Shown: piece by piece, positions 8,317 through 19,200 of the stretch
Numbering within the stretch: the stretch's first letter is position 1
Layout: each line of letters begins with the position of its first letter
Source of the DNA: an uncultured virus (IMG/VR IMGVR_UViG_3300022928_000007)
Taxonomy: Duplodnaviria; Heunggongvirae; Uroviricota; Caudoviricetes
Length of the DNA stretch: 64,000 nucleotides
Virus record (IMG/VR): IMGVR_UViG_3300022928_000007
Strand: one strand, 5' to 3'
Translations under genes and position numbers: made by a program
Notes under the pieces: generated by a model
The model's database searches: none
Told to the model about the DNA's origin: nothing
The model's input: only the letters and a program-made list of their open reading frames with translations

Positions 8317-11300
8317 ATGGCGACATCTAACAAAGTATTCGTATCTCCGGGTGTTTACACATCAGAAAGAGATTTAAGTTTTGTAGCACAAAGTGTAGGT
8401 GTAACTACTCTTGGTTTAGTGGGTGAAACAATTTCGGGACCAGCATTCGAGCCGATTTTCATCACTAACTTTGACGAGTTCCAATCCTATTTCGGTGGTA
8501 CAAATCCAACTAAATTTGTGAATACTCAGATACCTAAGTATGAAGCAGCGTATATCGCTAAATCATATCTACAACAATCAAATCAATTGTTTGTGACTAG
8601 AGTACTTGGTTTATCGGGGTATGACGCAGGACCTTCATGGTCAATAAAAACTATCGGTAACTTAGATAGCACAGGGACAACCGTAACAGGTACACAAGGT
8701 GCAATTATACTTGAGTTCTCAGGTATTTCAGGAACATCTACAAGTGTTGTTGTTAGTAACTACGGTGCATTACCCGCTAACATTTCAGGTGTGATAAATC
8801 ATCCTTATGAAACATATACAGGTGGTGAGTCCACTATTTCAGGTGATATTGAACAATATTTATATCAAGAAATTGTTAACTCAGCTTCATCAGGTCAGAC
8901 ATCATATTTTTGGGGAGCGGTAAGTGCTTCTACATATAATAGTATAATAACAGGGTCAACACCTAATTATACAGGTAATACAAATGTATTTGGAGTTGAT
9001 AGTGTACAATTTGAAAATTGTGACTTAGACTCTTCAGTTAACGACCCTTGGTATTACGCATTATTCACTGCTAGTGGTGGTGTTTATGACGGTACAGGTT
9101 TTGGATTTGGTGTAACAACATTAGTTAACACAGGAGGTCTAAACTTTAGTGGTACCGCTCAGGTTTACATTACTGATTATAGTGGTACTCCTTATTCTGA
9201 TTATCACGATGTAGTTGTTGGTACCTTACGTTCAAGAGGTATTGATACATACACAACGGATGATGGTCCAGTTTATGAGGTATCAGGTTTAACTGACGTG
9301 ATGATAGATTGTACAGGAGCGTATTCTGCGATATCCACTAATCCTTTTGCAACATTTGCGATAAGTGGTCTTACAGCAGACAATGATACATTTAATTTTA
9401 CAACTTCATTTAACATTGCAAATTCAAATTACATATCAAAAGTATTTGGTAAATCTAACTTTGCAAAACCTAAATCTGAAGTTCCATTATTCTTAGAAGA
9501 AGAATATTATAACTTACTAAACACAGGTTATAGACTTGGTAGGGTGAGAGGTCTTGATTGTTCATTAACGGCATTACCAAGTGCAAGACAAGACTTAGGT
9601 TCTAATACAAGTATCGGTTGGTATTTAGATAGGTACCAAACACCTGAAACACCATATTTAGTTTCCGAACTTAGAGGTAACAAAGTTTATGATATGTTTA
9701 AGTTCTTAACTATATCTGATGGTAATTCAGCAAACTTAGAGGTTAAAATATCAATAATGAATATTTCATTTAACAATGGAACGTTTGATGTTGTTGTTCG
9801 TGACTTCTTTGATACTGACGCAAATCCAGTAGTATTAGAAAAATTCACTAACTGTACTATGGACCCGAATCAAAATAGTTTTGTTGCTAAGAAAATTGGT
9901 ACATCGAACGGAGACTTTGAATTGAGGTCAAGATTTATAATGTTAGAAATGAATGAAGATGCACCTATAGGTTCACTACCTTGTGGATTTAAAGGTTATC
10001 AAACTAGACAATATTCAGGAGTTAAATCACCATTCTTAGAGTATAAAACTAAATACGACACACCAGGTGAGGTTATATGGAATCCACCATTCGGAGCGGC
10101 TACGGGAACTGATAATGAAACAAGAAGTTCGGGTGATAAAGTAAGAAGAACATTCTTAGGTGTTTCTAATACCGCTGGTATTGACGCAGACTTCTTATCT
10201 TATAAAGGAAAACAAAATCCTACCAATTTAGCAACTGCTACTGATTCACAACCATGGGCTTACCTTACTAAAGGTTACCATATGGATTCAGGAGCAACGG
10301 TTATTTTAATTTCATCTAATTATGTAACTTCAGGTGAAACTGCATTTGAAGTGGGTAACGCAAGTTTCGATTCGGAACCTGATGAAAGTAGTCCTTATTA
10401 TAGACTAAACTCTCGTAAGTTCACTGTAGTACCGTCAGGAGGTTTTGACGGATGGGATATCTATAGAGAATATAGAACTAATGGTGACAGATACCAATTA
10501 GGAGCAGCAGGATTTAGAGCAGGTGCAGCACCTTCTATAACTTACCCAACCGCAACAGGATGGGGAGCGTTTAAACAAATCACAGGTCCTGACCAATTAA
10601 CTTGGGCAAATACTGATTATTACGCATACCTATGGGGTCAGTATACATTTAATAACCCTGAAGCGGTTAATATAAATGTATTCACAACACCAGGTATTGA
10701 TTATGTTAATAATTCTAATCTTGTTGAGTCAGCAATTGATATGGTAGAACAAGACAGAGCGGATTCAATCTATATCTGTACTACACCTGATTATCAAATG
10801 TTTACACCAACATTAGGTGATTTCGACACTAATTTCATTTATCCTGAAGAGGCGGTAGATAATTTAGAAGACACAGGAATTGATTCTAACTACACCGCAA
10901 CTTACTATCCATGGATATTAACAAGAGATTCGGTAAATAATACACAAATTTATCTTCCACCAACAGGTGAAGTTGTTAGAAACTTAGCTTTAACAGATAA
11001 TATAGCTTTCCCTTGGTTCGCATCAGCGGGTTACACAAGAGGTTTAGTTAATTCGGTTAAAGCACGTAAGAAGTTAACGCAAGAAGATAGAGACACTTTA
11101 TATGTAGGAAGATTAAACCCAATCGCAACCTTCTCAGATGTAGGTACTGTTATATGGGGTAATAAAACTACACAGATTAAAGAATCTGCACTTGACAGAA
11201 TAAACGTTAGAAGATTGTTATTACAAGCACGTAAATTAATTTCGGCAGTAGCTGTTAGGTTATTGTTCGAACAAAATGACGAACAAGTAAGACAAGAATT

Positions 11301-11505
11301 CTTAGATTCAGTTAATCCAATCTTAGACAGTATTAGAAGAGATAGAGGTTTAATTGACTTTAGAGTGACAGTTTCTGGAACTCCTGAAGATTTAGACTCA
11401 AACACGTTAACAGGTAAAATTTATCTGAAACCAACAAGAGCACTTGAATTCATCGATATTGAATTCTTGATTACACCTACAGGAGCTTCTTTCGAAGATA
11501 TTTAA
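8317..11505 (+). CDS. Tail sheath protein (gp18-like)
   Basis: SPGVYTSERDLS N-terminus; YYPW, PWFASAG..RG, NPIATF..WGNKT, DRINVRRLL, KPTRALEFI C-terminal sheath motifs. Confidence 0.95.
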   Translation: MATSNKVFVSPGVYTSERDLSFVAQSVGVTTLGLVGETISGPAFEPIFITNFDEFQSYFGGTNPTKFVNTQIPKYEAAYIAKSYLQQSNQLFVTRVLGLSGYDAGPSWSIKTIGNLDSTGTTVTGTQGAIILEFSGISGTSTSVVVSNYGALPANISGVINHPYETYTGGESTISGDIEQYLYQEIVNSASSGQTSYFWGAVSASTYNSIITGSTPNYTGNTNVFGVDSVQFENCDLDSSVNDPWYYALFTASGGVYDGTGFGFGVTTLVNTGGLNFSGTAQVYITDYSGTPYSDYHDVVVGTLRSRGIDTYTTDDGPVYEVSGLTDVMIDCTGAYSAISTNPFATFAISGLTADNDTFNFTTSFNIANSNYISKVFGKSNFAKPKSEVPLFLEEEYYNLLNTGYRLGRVRGLDCSLTALPSARQDLGSNTSIGWYLDRYQTPETPYLVSELRGNKVYDMFKFLTISDGNSANLEVKISIMNISFNNGTFDVVVRDFFDTDANPVVLEKFTNCTMDPNQNSFVAKKIGTSNGDFELRSRFIMLEMNEDAPIGSLPCGFKGYQTRQYSGVKSPFLEYKTKYDTPGEVIWNPPFGAATGTDNETRSSGDKVRRTFLGVSNTAGIDADFLSYKGKQNPTNLATATDSQPWAYLTKGYHMDSGATVILISSNYVTSGETAFEVGNASFDSEPDESSPYYRLNSRKFTVVPSGGFDGWDIYREYRTNGDRYQLGAAGFRAGAAPSITYPTATGWGAFKQITGPDQLTWANTDYYAYLWGQYTFNNPEAVNINVFTTPGIDYVNNSNLVESAIDMVEQDRADSIYICTTPDYQMFTPTLGDFDTNFIYPEEAVDNLEDTGIDSNYTATYYPWILTRDSVNNTQIYLPPTGEVVRNLALTDNIAFPWFASAGYTRGLVNSVKARKKLTQEDRDTLYVGRLNPIATFSDVGTVIWGNKTTQIKESALDRINVRRLLLQARKLISAVAVRLLFEQNDEQVRQEFLDSVNPILDSIRRDRGLIDFRVTVSGTPEDLDSNTLTGKIYLKPTRALEFIDIEFLITPTGASFEDI

Positions 11506-11526
11506 TATCTGACTATTTATTATATT

Positions 11527-11550
11527 GAGGAGGGTTAATTCCCTCCTCTT
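11527..11550 (+). terminator. GC-rich hairpin after sheath gene (weak U-tract)
   Basis: GAGGAGGG-TTAATT-CCCTCCTC followed only by TT. Confidence 0.5.
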
Positions 11551-11582
11551 AGCCTATTAAACGTTTAAATAAAAAAAAGGAA

Positions 11583-11735
11583 ATGGAATTTAAGAAAAAA
11601 GCACTTAACGAAGCGTTATCTATTAAAGCTAACGGAACTAAGTCTTTCTCTGAAAAACCTCAAAATATTGTAATTTCTGAGAATCAGTTAGAAAGATTAA
11701 TTGAAAAACTTAATACTAATAAAGATAAGAAGTAA
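11583..11735 (+). CDS. Small protein (50 aa, missed by ORF track)
   Basis: MEFKKKALNEALSIKANGTKSFSEKPQNIVISENQLERLIEKLNTNKDKK*. Its stop overlaps the next start (TAATG at 11733-11737). Confidence 0.65.
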   Translation: MEFKKKALNEALSIKANGTKSFSEKPQNIVISENQLERLIEKLNTNKDKK

Positions 11736-12586
11736 TGAGTATAAAAAGGATTATTAGAGAGTTTTATCACGAAAAACAATTACGTGAAGGGTTTGACCCT
11801 GAGGGTAATCCTGATTTAAAATACTATGCTTTTGATTGGGACGACAATATCGCTACAATGCCAACTCAGATTATTGTTATGTCTGATGAAGGTAAAGAAA
11901 TAGGTATGTCTACCGAGGATTTTGCAGATTATCGAGGGTTCATAGGTAAAGAACCTTTCGAATATAAAGGTGAAATGGTTGTGGGATATGCAGATGACCC
12001 ATACAGAAACTTCGGTGTAAAGGGAGATAAAGCATTTATAATTGATTCAATGATGGCAAAACCAGGTCCTTCATGGAACGATTTTGTTGAAGCAATAAAC
12101 GGTGGTTCAATTTTCTCAATAATAACCGCAAGAGGTCACACACCATCAGTATTACGTGATGCTATATATAATATGATAGTAACTAACCACAATGGTATTG
12201 ACAAAGATATGTTAATTGACAATTTAAAGAAATATCGTAATATGTCGGGTGACGAGGAAAAAGACTCTTCAATAATGATTAACGATTATTTAGACCTTAA
12301 CAAGTATTATCCTGTAACATATGGTGAGGGTAACGCTGCTGACCCTGAAGAGGGTAAAATAAAGGCGTTAAGAGAATTTATTTCATATGTTAAGGAAATG
12401 AGTGAAAGAATCGGTAAAAAAGCCTTTCTTAAGAATGATATAAAAAATAATTTTATACCTATGATTGGGTTTTCAGATGATGACCCAGGCAATGTAGAAA
12501 AGATTAAAGCATTTTTAGATAAAGAATATGAAGATAAACCAGTTAAAACGTATTTAACTAAAGGAGGAGATAAAAAAGAAGTTTAA
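11735..12586 (+). CDS. HAD-superfamily phosphatase-like protein with short N-terminal leader
   Basis: Motif I FDWDDNI, motif II ITARGH, a Lys in EEGKIK, motif IV GFSDDD. Confidence 0.75.
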   Translation: MSIKRIIREFYHEKQLREGFDPEGNPDLKYYAFDWDDNIATMPTQIIVMSDEGKEIGMSTEDFADYRGFIGKEPFEYKGEMVVGYADDPYRNFGVKGDKAFIIDSMMAKPGPSWNDFVEAINGGSIFSIITARGHTPSVLRDAIYNMIVTNHNGIDKDMLIDNLKKYRNMSGDEEKDSSIMINDYLDLNKYYPVTYGEGNAADPEEGKIKALREFISYVKEMSERIGKKAFLKNDIKNNFIPMIGFSDDDPGNVEKIKAFLDKEYEDKPVKTYLTKGGDKKEV

Positions 12587-12707
12587 ATTATTAATATTTT
12601 ATTTGCTCTAGTAGAGATTACTGAAAAAAAAATAAAAGTAAATAGAAAAACTTTCTAACTGGATATTTATAAATAAATAAACTAAAGAAATATAAAACCA
12701 AAATACA

Positions 12708-13196
12708 ATGGCAGACTTATTAATGAAAATGCCCGTTCCCTATGAACCAAAAAGGAAGAATCGATTTATACTATCGTTTCCATCTTCATTGGGTATTAAT
12801 TCTTGGTATGTTGAGTCTACATCAAGACCTAACATCCAAATCGGGTCAACTGAAATTCCTTTTTTAAATACATCCACATATGTGGCAGGTAGATTCGTGT
12901 GGAACACGATAAACGTTACATTCCGTGACCCAATTGGACCATCAGCTTCACAAGCTTTAATGGAGTGGGTTAGATTACACTCAGAGTCCGTAACAGGTCG
13001 TATGGGTTATGCTGCAGGATACAAAAAGGACTTAGACTTGGAAATGTTAGACCCAACAGGAGTCGCAGTCGAAAAATGGATTCTACAAGGAACATTCTTA
13101 ACGGATGTCAATTTCGATAGTTTAGGTTATAGTGATGATGCTCTTGCTACAATAACAGCAACATTACGTCCTGATAGATGTATTTTGGTATATTAA
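12708..13196 (+). CDS. Tail tube protein (gp19-like)
   Basis: YEPKRKNRF, W..I.VTF.DPI, MEW, YKKD..L..LDP.G..VEKW.L.G.F motifs; 162 aa; downstream of sheath. Confidence 0.9.
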   Translation: MADLLMKMPVPYEPKRKNRFILSFPSSLGINSWYVESTSRPNIQIGSTEIPFLNTSTYVAGRFVWNTINVTFRDPIGPSASQALMEWVRLHSESVTGRMGYAAGYKKDLDLEMLDPTGVAVEKWILQGTFLTDVNFDSLGYSDDALATITATLRPDRCILVY

Positions 13197-13240
13197 TATA
13201 AAATAGTATTGATTAAAAATCAATCAATCATATATTTAAG

Positions 13241-13274
13241 ACCATAGGAGTCATTGTACTTCTATGGTTTTTTT
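13241..13274 (+). terminator. Intrinsic terminator after tube gene
   Basis: ACCATAGGAGT-CATTGT-ACTTCTATGGT followed by a T run. Confidence 0.75.
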
Positions 13275-13289
13275 ATTATATAGACAATT

Positions 13290-14039
13290 ATGGACCAAGG
13301 AAAACAATACGGACAAATGAATATGGACTTACCACATGACGTGGTACCATTACCATCACAAGGGTTATTCTATTCAAATAAGAAGAAATCTCTTAAAGTG
13401 GGTTATCTAACCGCTCAAGATGAAAATATATTATTATCGGCAGGTGGGGATAAAAACTTAGTGATGACACTATTAAAAAATAAAATTTATGAACCTGACT
13501 TCAATGTCAATGAAATACTTGATGGAGACGCAGAAGCAATACTTATATTTTTAAGAAACACTGCGTTTGGTCCTGACTATAACTTTAAATTAAAAGACCC
13601 AAAAACAAAAAAAGATTTTGACGCGACTATTTTGTTAGACGAGTTAAATATTCTACAACCTAAAATAAAACCAAACGACAAAGGATTGTTTGAGTTTAAC
13701 TTACCAAAAACAGGGGTTAACGTTGTTTGTCGACTTTTAAATGTAGGAGACACTACAGAACTAAGTAAATTAGATGAAAGTTATCCGGTAGGGGTCACAG
13801 TTCCAATAGTTACAAAAAGATTAGAAAAACATGTTGTTTCAATTGACGGTGATGAAAGCCGAGAAAAAATATCAACTTTTATAAATACGCTACCTATTAT
13901 GGATTCTAAATTTATTAGGAACACAATGTCAGATTGTGAACCTAAATTAGACCTAAATAGAACTGTTACAGCCCCGTCAGGAGAAAAAGTGAATGTGCGT
14001 ATCACTTTTGGGGCAGAGTTTTTTCGTCCTTTCTTCTGA
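13290..14039 (+). CDS. Baseplate-hub/tail assembly chaperone (gp26-like)
   Basis: V.LPSQG.FY...YLTA.DENIL pattern, ends in FFRPFF, and lies between tube and tape-measure-like genes. Confidence 0.6.
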   Translation: MDQGKQYGQMNMDLPHDVVPLPSQGLFYSNKKKSLKVGYLTAQDENILLSAGGDKNLVMTLLKNKIYEPDFNVNEILDGDAEAILIFLRNTAFGPDYNFKLKDPKTKKDFDATILLDELNILQPKIKPNDKGLFEFNLPKTGVNVVCRLLNVGDTTELSKLDESYPVGVTVPIVTKRLEKHVVSIDGDESREKISTFINTLPIMDSKFIRNTMSDCEPKLDLNRTVTAPSGEKVNVRITFGAEFFRPFF

Positions 14040-14052
14040 TTATAGGAAAACT

Positions 14053-14214
14053 ATGCTTGATGAGTTCTACTATCTGAGTAAACATGTTAATATGTCTTAC
14101 TCAGACCTTCAAACTATGCCTACCTACGAGAGAAAATTTTTTATAGACAAACTATCATCCGAATTTGCAAAAAGAAATGAGGAAATTGAGAAACAAAGAC
14201 AAAAATCTCGTTAA
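14053..14214 (+). CDS. Small hub/tail assembly protein (gp51-like); possibly the C-terminal extension of a frameshift product
   Basis: MLDEFYYLSKHVNMSYSDLQTMPTYERKFFIDKL resembles the short gp51-type Y...M..MP..ER proteins. The frame is open from 13993. Confidence 0.55.
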   Translation: MLDEFYYLSKHVNMSYSDLQTMPTYERKFFIDKLSSEFAKRNEEIEKQRQKSR

Positions 14215-14239
14215 TCAATATTTATAGTAAAAGTATTTT

Positions 14240-16207
14240 ATGTTTCAAGAAAATGGTAACGGGTTAGTTGGTGATACTAAGGCTTTATCCGAAAATATTA
14301 AATTGGCGGATGTTAGCTTAAAAACCTTTGCAGGTAATTTGAGGACTAGTATTACAAATGTTCAACAAGTTATAAATGGTGCCGCTGAAATTAATACGAA
14401 AGCTGCCAATACTGTTAGGACAACTCTTGGTCAAACCAGAATTGTAAGTAATCAAGTTCAGAGGGTTGTAGCACAGGCAGCAAAAACAACAGAACTTATC
14501 GGTGTTGATGCTTCAAAAAACTTAGAGTTATTTGGTGCATTGAACGAATCCATGCAAAGAAATACATTTTTTACTGACCAACAAATTAGTAGATTTCAGT
14601 TATTAGGTTCTATGGCTAATATGACTTCAGCTCAATTAGCTGAGATGGCCACCTCTTTTGATACTTTAGGGTATACCACTGACCAAACTTTAGACATGAT
14701 GTCAGATATGACCGATGAGGCAAGAGCCTATGGGGTTAATGTTTCAGCTTTCATGGGAGAGGTTAATAAAAACCTCAAACTAATGGTTACTTATAATTTT
14801 AAAGATGGAGTTGAAGGACTTTCTAAAATGGTTGCACAGGCTCAGGCATTAAGAATCGATATGAGTAAAACTGTTAGTTTTGCGGATGAGTTAATGTCAC
14901 CAGATAAAGCCATTGAAACCGCAGCAGGATTTCAGATGTTAGGAGGGGCAGTAGGAGCGTTAGGAGACCCATTCCAATTACTACATATGGCTCAGACTGA
15001 TATGGAAGGGTTACAAACGAGTCTTGTAGATATGGCAGGAGCCTCAGTAGATTTTAATAAAGAGACCGGGGAGTTTAATATTCCGGTTACTGAAATGTAT
15101 CGTCTTAGAGAAGCTGCAAGTTTAGCAGGACAATCTTACCAAGAATTCTCAGAAATGGCTATAAACGCGGCCCAAAGAACTGAAAAATTAAAATTACTTG
15201 ATGGGTTTAATACTGTACCTGAAGAACAAAAAGAATTAATTGCAAGTTTAGGTAAAATTGGGGCTAACGGAACCATGGAAATAACGATGCCTGATGGGTC
15301 TATTAAAAAAATAGGTGAAGGGTTCAATGAGTTAGTTGCTAGTGATTACGGAGAATTACAAAGTATGTTAGACGTTAATAATATGTCTGAACTAGACGTT
15401 GCTAAACAATCTATGGGTTTCTTAAATGAAATACAGGCAGCTCAAAACACACTTGTAAAACTAACAACATTAAATTTAGTTCAATCAGGCGGATTTGAAA
15501 CTTTCGGAGAAAACATATCTAAAGTACAATCATTATTAACTGAAAGTTTTTTAGCAAGAGAAAGTGAAGTAGCTTTACCTGAAAGTGTAACTACCACTTT
15601 TGGGACACTTGCAACACAACTTAAATTAGATAAAACAGATGCTGATGAAATGGCAAATGCGATAGTTGATGGGCTTAATAAGTTTAGTGAGGCGGTAGAT
15701 AGTAAATTAGTACCCGCATTGGAGAATATCGATTACGGAACATTAATAATCGACCCACTAAAAAACGGATGGAATAATCTTACTAATGCCTTAAAAGATA
15801 TACCTTTCCTTGAAATTATCGGTAATACTGTGAATGTTAGTAGTGGTAGATTTGATAGGAGTAATGAAGATAATACGGTAAATGTAACAAGTGATGATAG
15901 ATTTGATAGGACCAATAACAATACAACTGAGGTGAGTGATAGATTTGATAGAAGTAATATGGCAGTTAACAATATAGAAACTTCGAGTCTTAATGTTAAT
16001 TCTACAGATAATACTCCAGTACAATTGGCGGTAAACGGACAAGTTAATCTCAACATAGAAGGAATACCAACAAACTCACCAATGACTAAAGAAGAGTTAG
16101 CCACCCTATTAGTTAATAATCCTGACGCCATGTTTAAAATAAAATCTCAATTAGAAAATAGATTAGGTACCTTAACAGAATTTAATATGGGTGGTGGATA
16201 CGGATAA
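14240..16207 (+). CDS. Tape-measure-like protein
   Basis: Helical, Ala/Gln/Met-rich sequence located after the tube and chaperone genes. Confidence 0.55.
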   Translation: MFQENGNGLVGDTKALSENIKLADVSLKTFAGNLRTSITNVQQVINGAAEINTKAANTVRTTLGQTRIVSNQVQRVVAQAAKTTELIGVDASKNLELFGALNESMQRNTFFTDQQISRFQLLGSMANMTSAQLAEMATSFDTLGYTTDQTLDMMSDMTDEARAYGVNVSAFMGEVNKNLKLMVTYNFKDGVEGLSKMVAQAQALRIDMSKTVSFADELMSPDKAIETAAGFQMLGGAVGALGDPFQLLHMAQTDMEGLQTSLVDMAGASVDFNKETGEFNIPVTEMYRLREAASLAGQSYQEFSEMAINAAQRTEKLKLLDGFNTVPEEQKELIASLGKIGANGTMEITMPDGSIKKIGEGFNELVASDYGELQSMLDVNNMSELDVAKQSMGFLNEIQAAQNTLVKLTTLNLVQSGGFETFGENISKVQSLLTESFLARESEVALPESVTTTFGTLATQLKLDKTDADEMANAIVDGLNKFSEAVDSKLVPALENIDYGTLIIDPLKNGWNNLTNALKDIPFLEIIGNTVNVSSGRFDRSNEDNTVNVTSDDRFDRTNNNTTEVSDRFDRSNMAVNNIETSSLNVNSTDNTPVQLAVNGQVNLNIEGIPTNSPMTKEELATLLVNNPDAMFKIKSQLENRLGTLTEFNMGGGYG

Positions 16208-16269
16208 ATCTATAAACTGTGGTTATATAAAATAATATAACCATCTATTTATCTAAAAAGAATATATAG

Positions 16270-19200
16270 ATGCAAAGTCCATTATCATTTGACTCAACTG
16301 AAAACTTCAGAAAGAAGTTATTAGTAAAAAACTTAGAACCATATAATAGTGATGGTTTTACCCCTGCCAGTCAACCAGGTCAGAGTCAAATAGATATTAA
16401 CGATGTTGGAGTTATTGATTCACAAGAAGTGGAAACTATTGGTAGTACCGAAAACACTTCTCTCTATGTTAAAAATCAATATGGTCCTGAAGGTGGTTTT
16501 GGTGAACCTAAATCTATAGATGATGTAGGGTTTATTAATTCGGTGACGAGTTTTAATAATACTTTAAACCTTAATATGTCAAATGGTGTACCGGCATTGA
16601 TAGGTAAAAGTCCTTATTATAATTTTGTTGCGTCTTCATATAATTCATTTAATTTATTAACGAGTTCTAACCCACAGGGAGATAACGGACCACTTTCACA
16701 AGATTCTGATTTAGCAAGAATAGCCGCGGAATCACTTAAAACAGAGTTTCAGTATAGGATTTCCGAAGAAACCTACCAACAAACAATTGGTAGAGTTAAT
16801 GCGTTAGATGCCCTATCTGACCCATTTGAATTATTAGCAATAACAACAGGAAATAGGTCTATAGTCGAAAGAGATTGGAAAATCTCAGTACCAAAAGGAT
16901 TAATCGGTAAGGGATTAGATTTCATTAGTCGTATTAGTGGTGTATATTCCCCATACTCTTGGATACCGGGGGACTATTTTAGTGACCAACCAAAACAAAT
17001 GTATTTTAATCAAATTGCTAATTCTATTACGGGATTATTTGATAAAAGAGGAGTATTGGCGTTACCTACCGAAAAAACAGGAATGCAGATATTCTTGGAA
17101 AATACAGGTGGAGGACAAAGGTCGAGACTATTCAAAGGACTATCACTAAACAGATATATACCAGATTATAATAGAAATTTCTTAACCGATTTATTCACTA
17201 AAGTACCAAAACAAAATTATTATGTAGGAAGTTCTCAACAGGAGATGAAAGATATTGTTGCTCCTGCAGAATCCTTACCTTTAAATCAAGACGGAAATAA
17301 AGTTCAAACACCCGTTTATGGTTATGATGAGATTGCTAAAATCTATGAAAACGAACAAAAAGATAATACCTATAAGTTCGGTTTAAACCAAACATCCACA
17401 TACGATGACGGAGGATTACAAGGTGGTTTTACATGGGTATCCCCTAAATACAAAGACAGGGCGGGTCAAAAAGTTGGTGTCGGTGCAGAGTTTTTTGGTA
17501 CGATAGATACTGATTGGAACGAGCAGGGGGTTCAAAACACATTTACCGCCACACAATCAGTAGACGGTACAGGTGATTACAATTATACACCTGGGTCCAT
17601 ACTTGATAATACTCAAAAATTAATAAACTCCGCTGACGAAGTTGTTGGTGTTAGAAAATTACAACACGTAGGTAATGCGATTGACCAAATCTCTAAAGTA
17701 TTTCATGACGGAACAAGAGAACTTACTAAAGGTTCACGAGTTATCGCGTACAGAGATGAGGGAGGTGCTATTGTGGGTAAAGAGTACTGTAGAGTCTTTA
17801 CAAAAGACACTCCGTATTATTCTATGGCGGATTTACAAAAAACAGAAGGTATAACAACCAACAATAGACGATTTACATATTCGGTTTTAGATAACACATA
17901 TAACTTAAATATTGCACCTATGAGAGGTACAGATACTACTAATTTAACAGGAAATGATTTTAGTAGTGAAGGAGTTAAAAAATATATGTTCTCAATAGAA
18001 AATTTGGCTTGGAGAACATCAAGAAAAAAAGGATTCACCTATCAAGATTTGCCACATTGTGAACGAGGACCTAATGGTGGTAGAATTATGTGGTTCCCAC
18101 CATATGATATGAAGGTAAACGAACAAAACTCTGCAAATTGGAACCAAAACGAATTCTTAGGTCGACCTGAACCAATCTATACATATAATAATACCACAAG
18201 ACAGGGTAGTTTAAGTTGGAAAATTGTTGTTGACCATCCCTCGGTATTAAATGCTATAGTTGACAAAGAATTGGCTAATGAAAGTAACAATAGTAAAGTT
18301 ACAGGAATTGTTGATTCATTTTTTGCTGGATGTCGTAAATATGATATTTACGAATTAGCGTTGAGATTCCCACAATTTACTTATAGCGACATTTATGAGA
18401 TAGTTGTAAACTCTTCAGTTGGACAAGAAGTAAAAGAAAATTTTGACATTATTGATGCGGAAGTACCTGGCGATTTAGATGTAACCACTGAAGAATATGA
18501 AGATAAAGTAGAGAGTACAGATTTCGATTTTGCTTATTATTTTCATAATGATGTTCCTGGTCCACAGACTTCAACAGACACAACAACATCTGAAGTTTAC
18601 AACACTGCTTTACAAAATTATATTGGTTTACAGACAGAATATAGTAATACCGCAAATGCAGATGAAAAAGATAATGTAAACCAGTTTTTTATAGATAATA
18701 TTTTAACAAGTTCGGATTCGGGAGTGTTATATAAAACACAATTATTTGTTAAAAAAGTTGGTGAAGCATTAAACGCGGGTGCAACTGTTCAAGTTTTACT
18801 ACAGGGTTCAGCTTCATCACCTAATTCGGTGGTTTATAATAATGCTTTATCTAAAAGAAGGATAGATAGTGTAAAAAAATATTTATTACCCTTGATGGAT
18901 GAAAATCAAAAGTCTTTACAAAAGTGGGTAGACGATGGAAAACTTATTATAAAGGAAGACCCTAAAGGTGAACAAACAAATATACAAGGTACGGACTGTA
19001 CAAAAGACTTAGTCGGTAATGATAAAATTTATTCGGTAGACGCGATGAAGTGTAGAAGGGTTAGGATAAGTTCAGTAGTTGAGACACCACCACCGCCCGA
19101 AGAAGATAAGGTTACCGATGAAATAACTACTCCACCTGAAATTGATACCGAGACACAAACCTCTAAACCTGCTCAGCCGGTTATTACTCTCACTGAAAAA

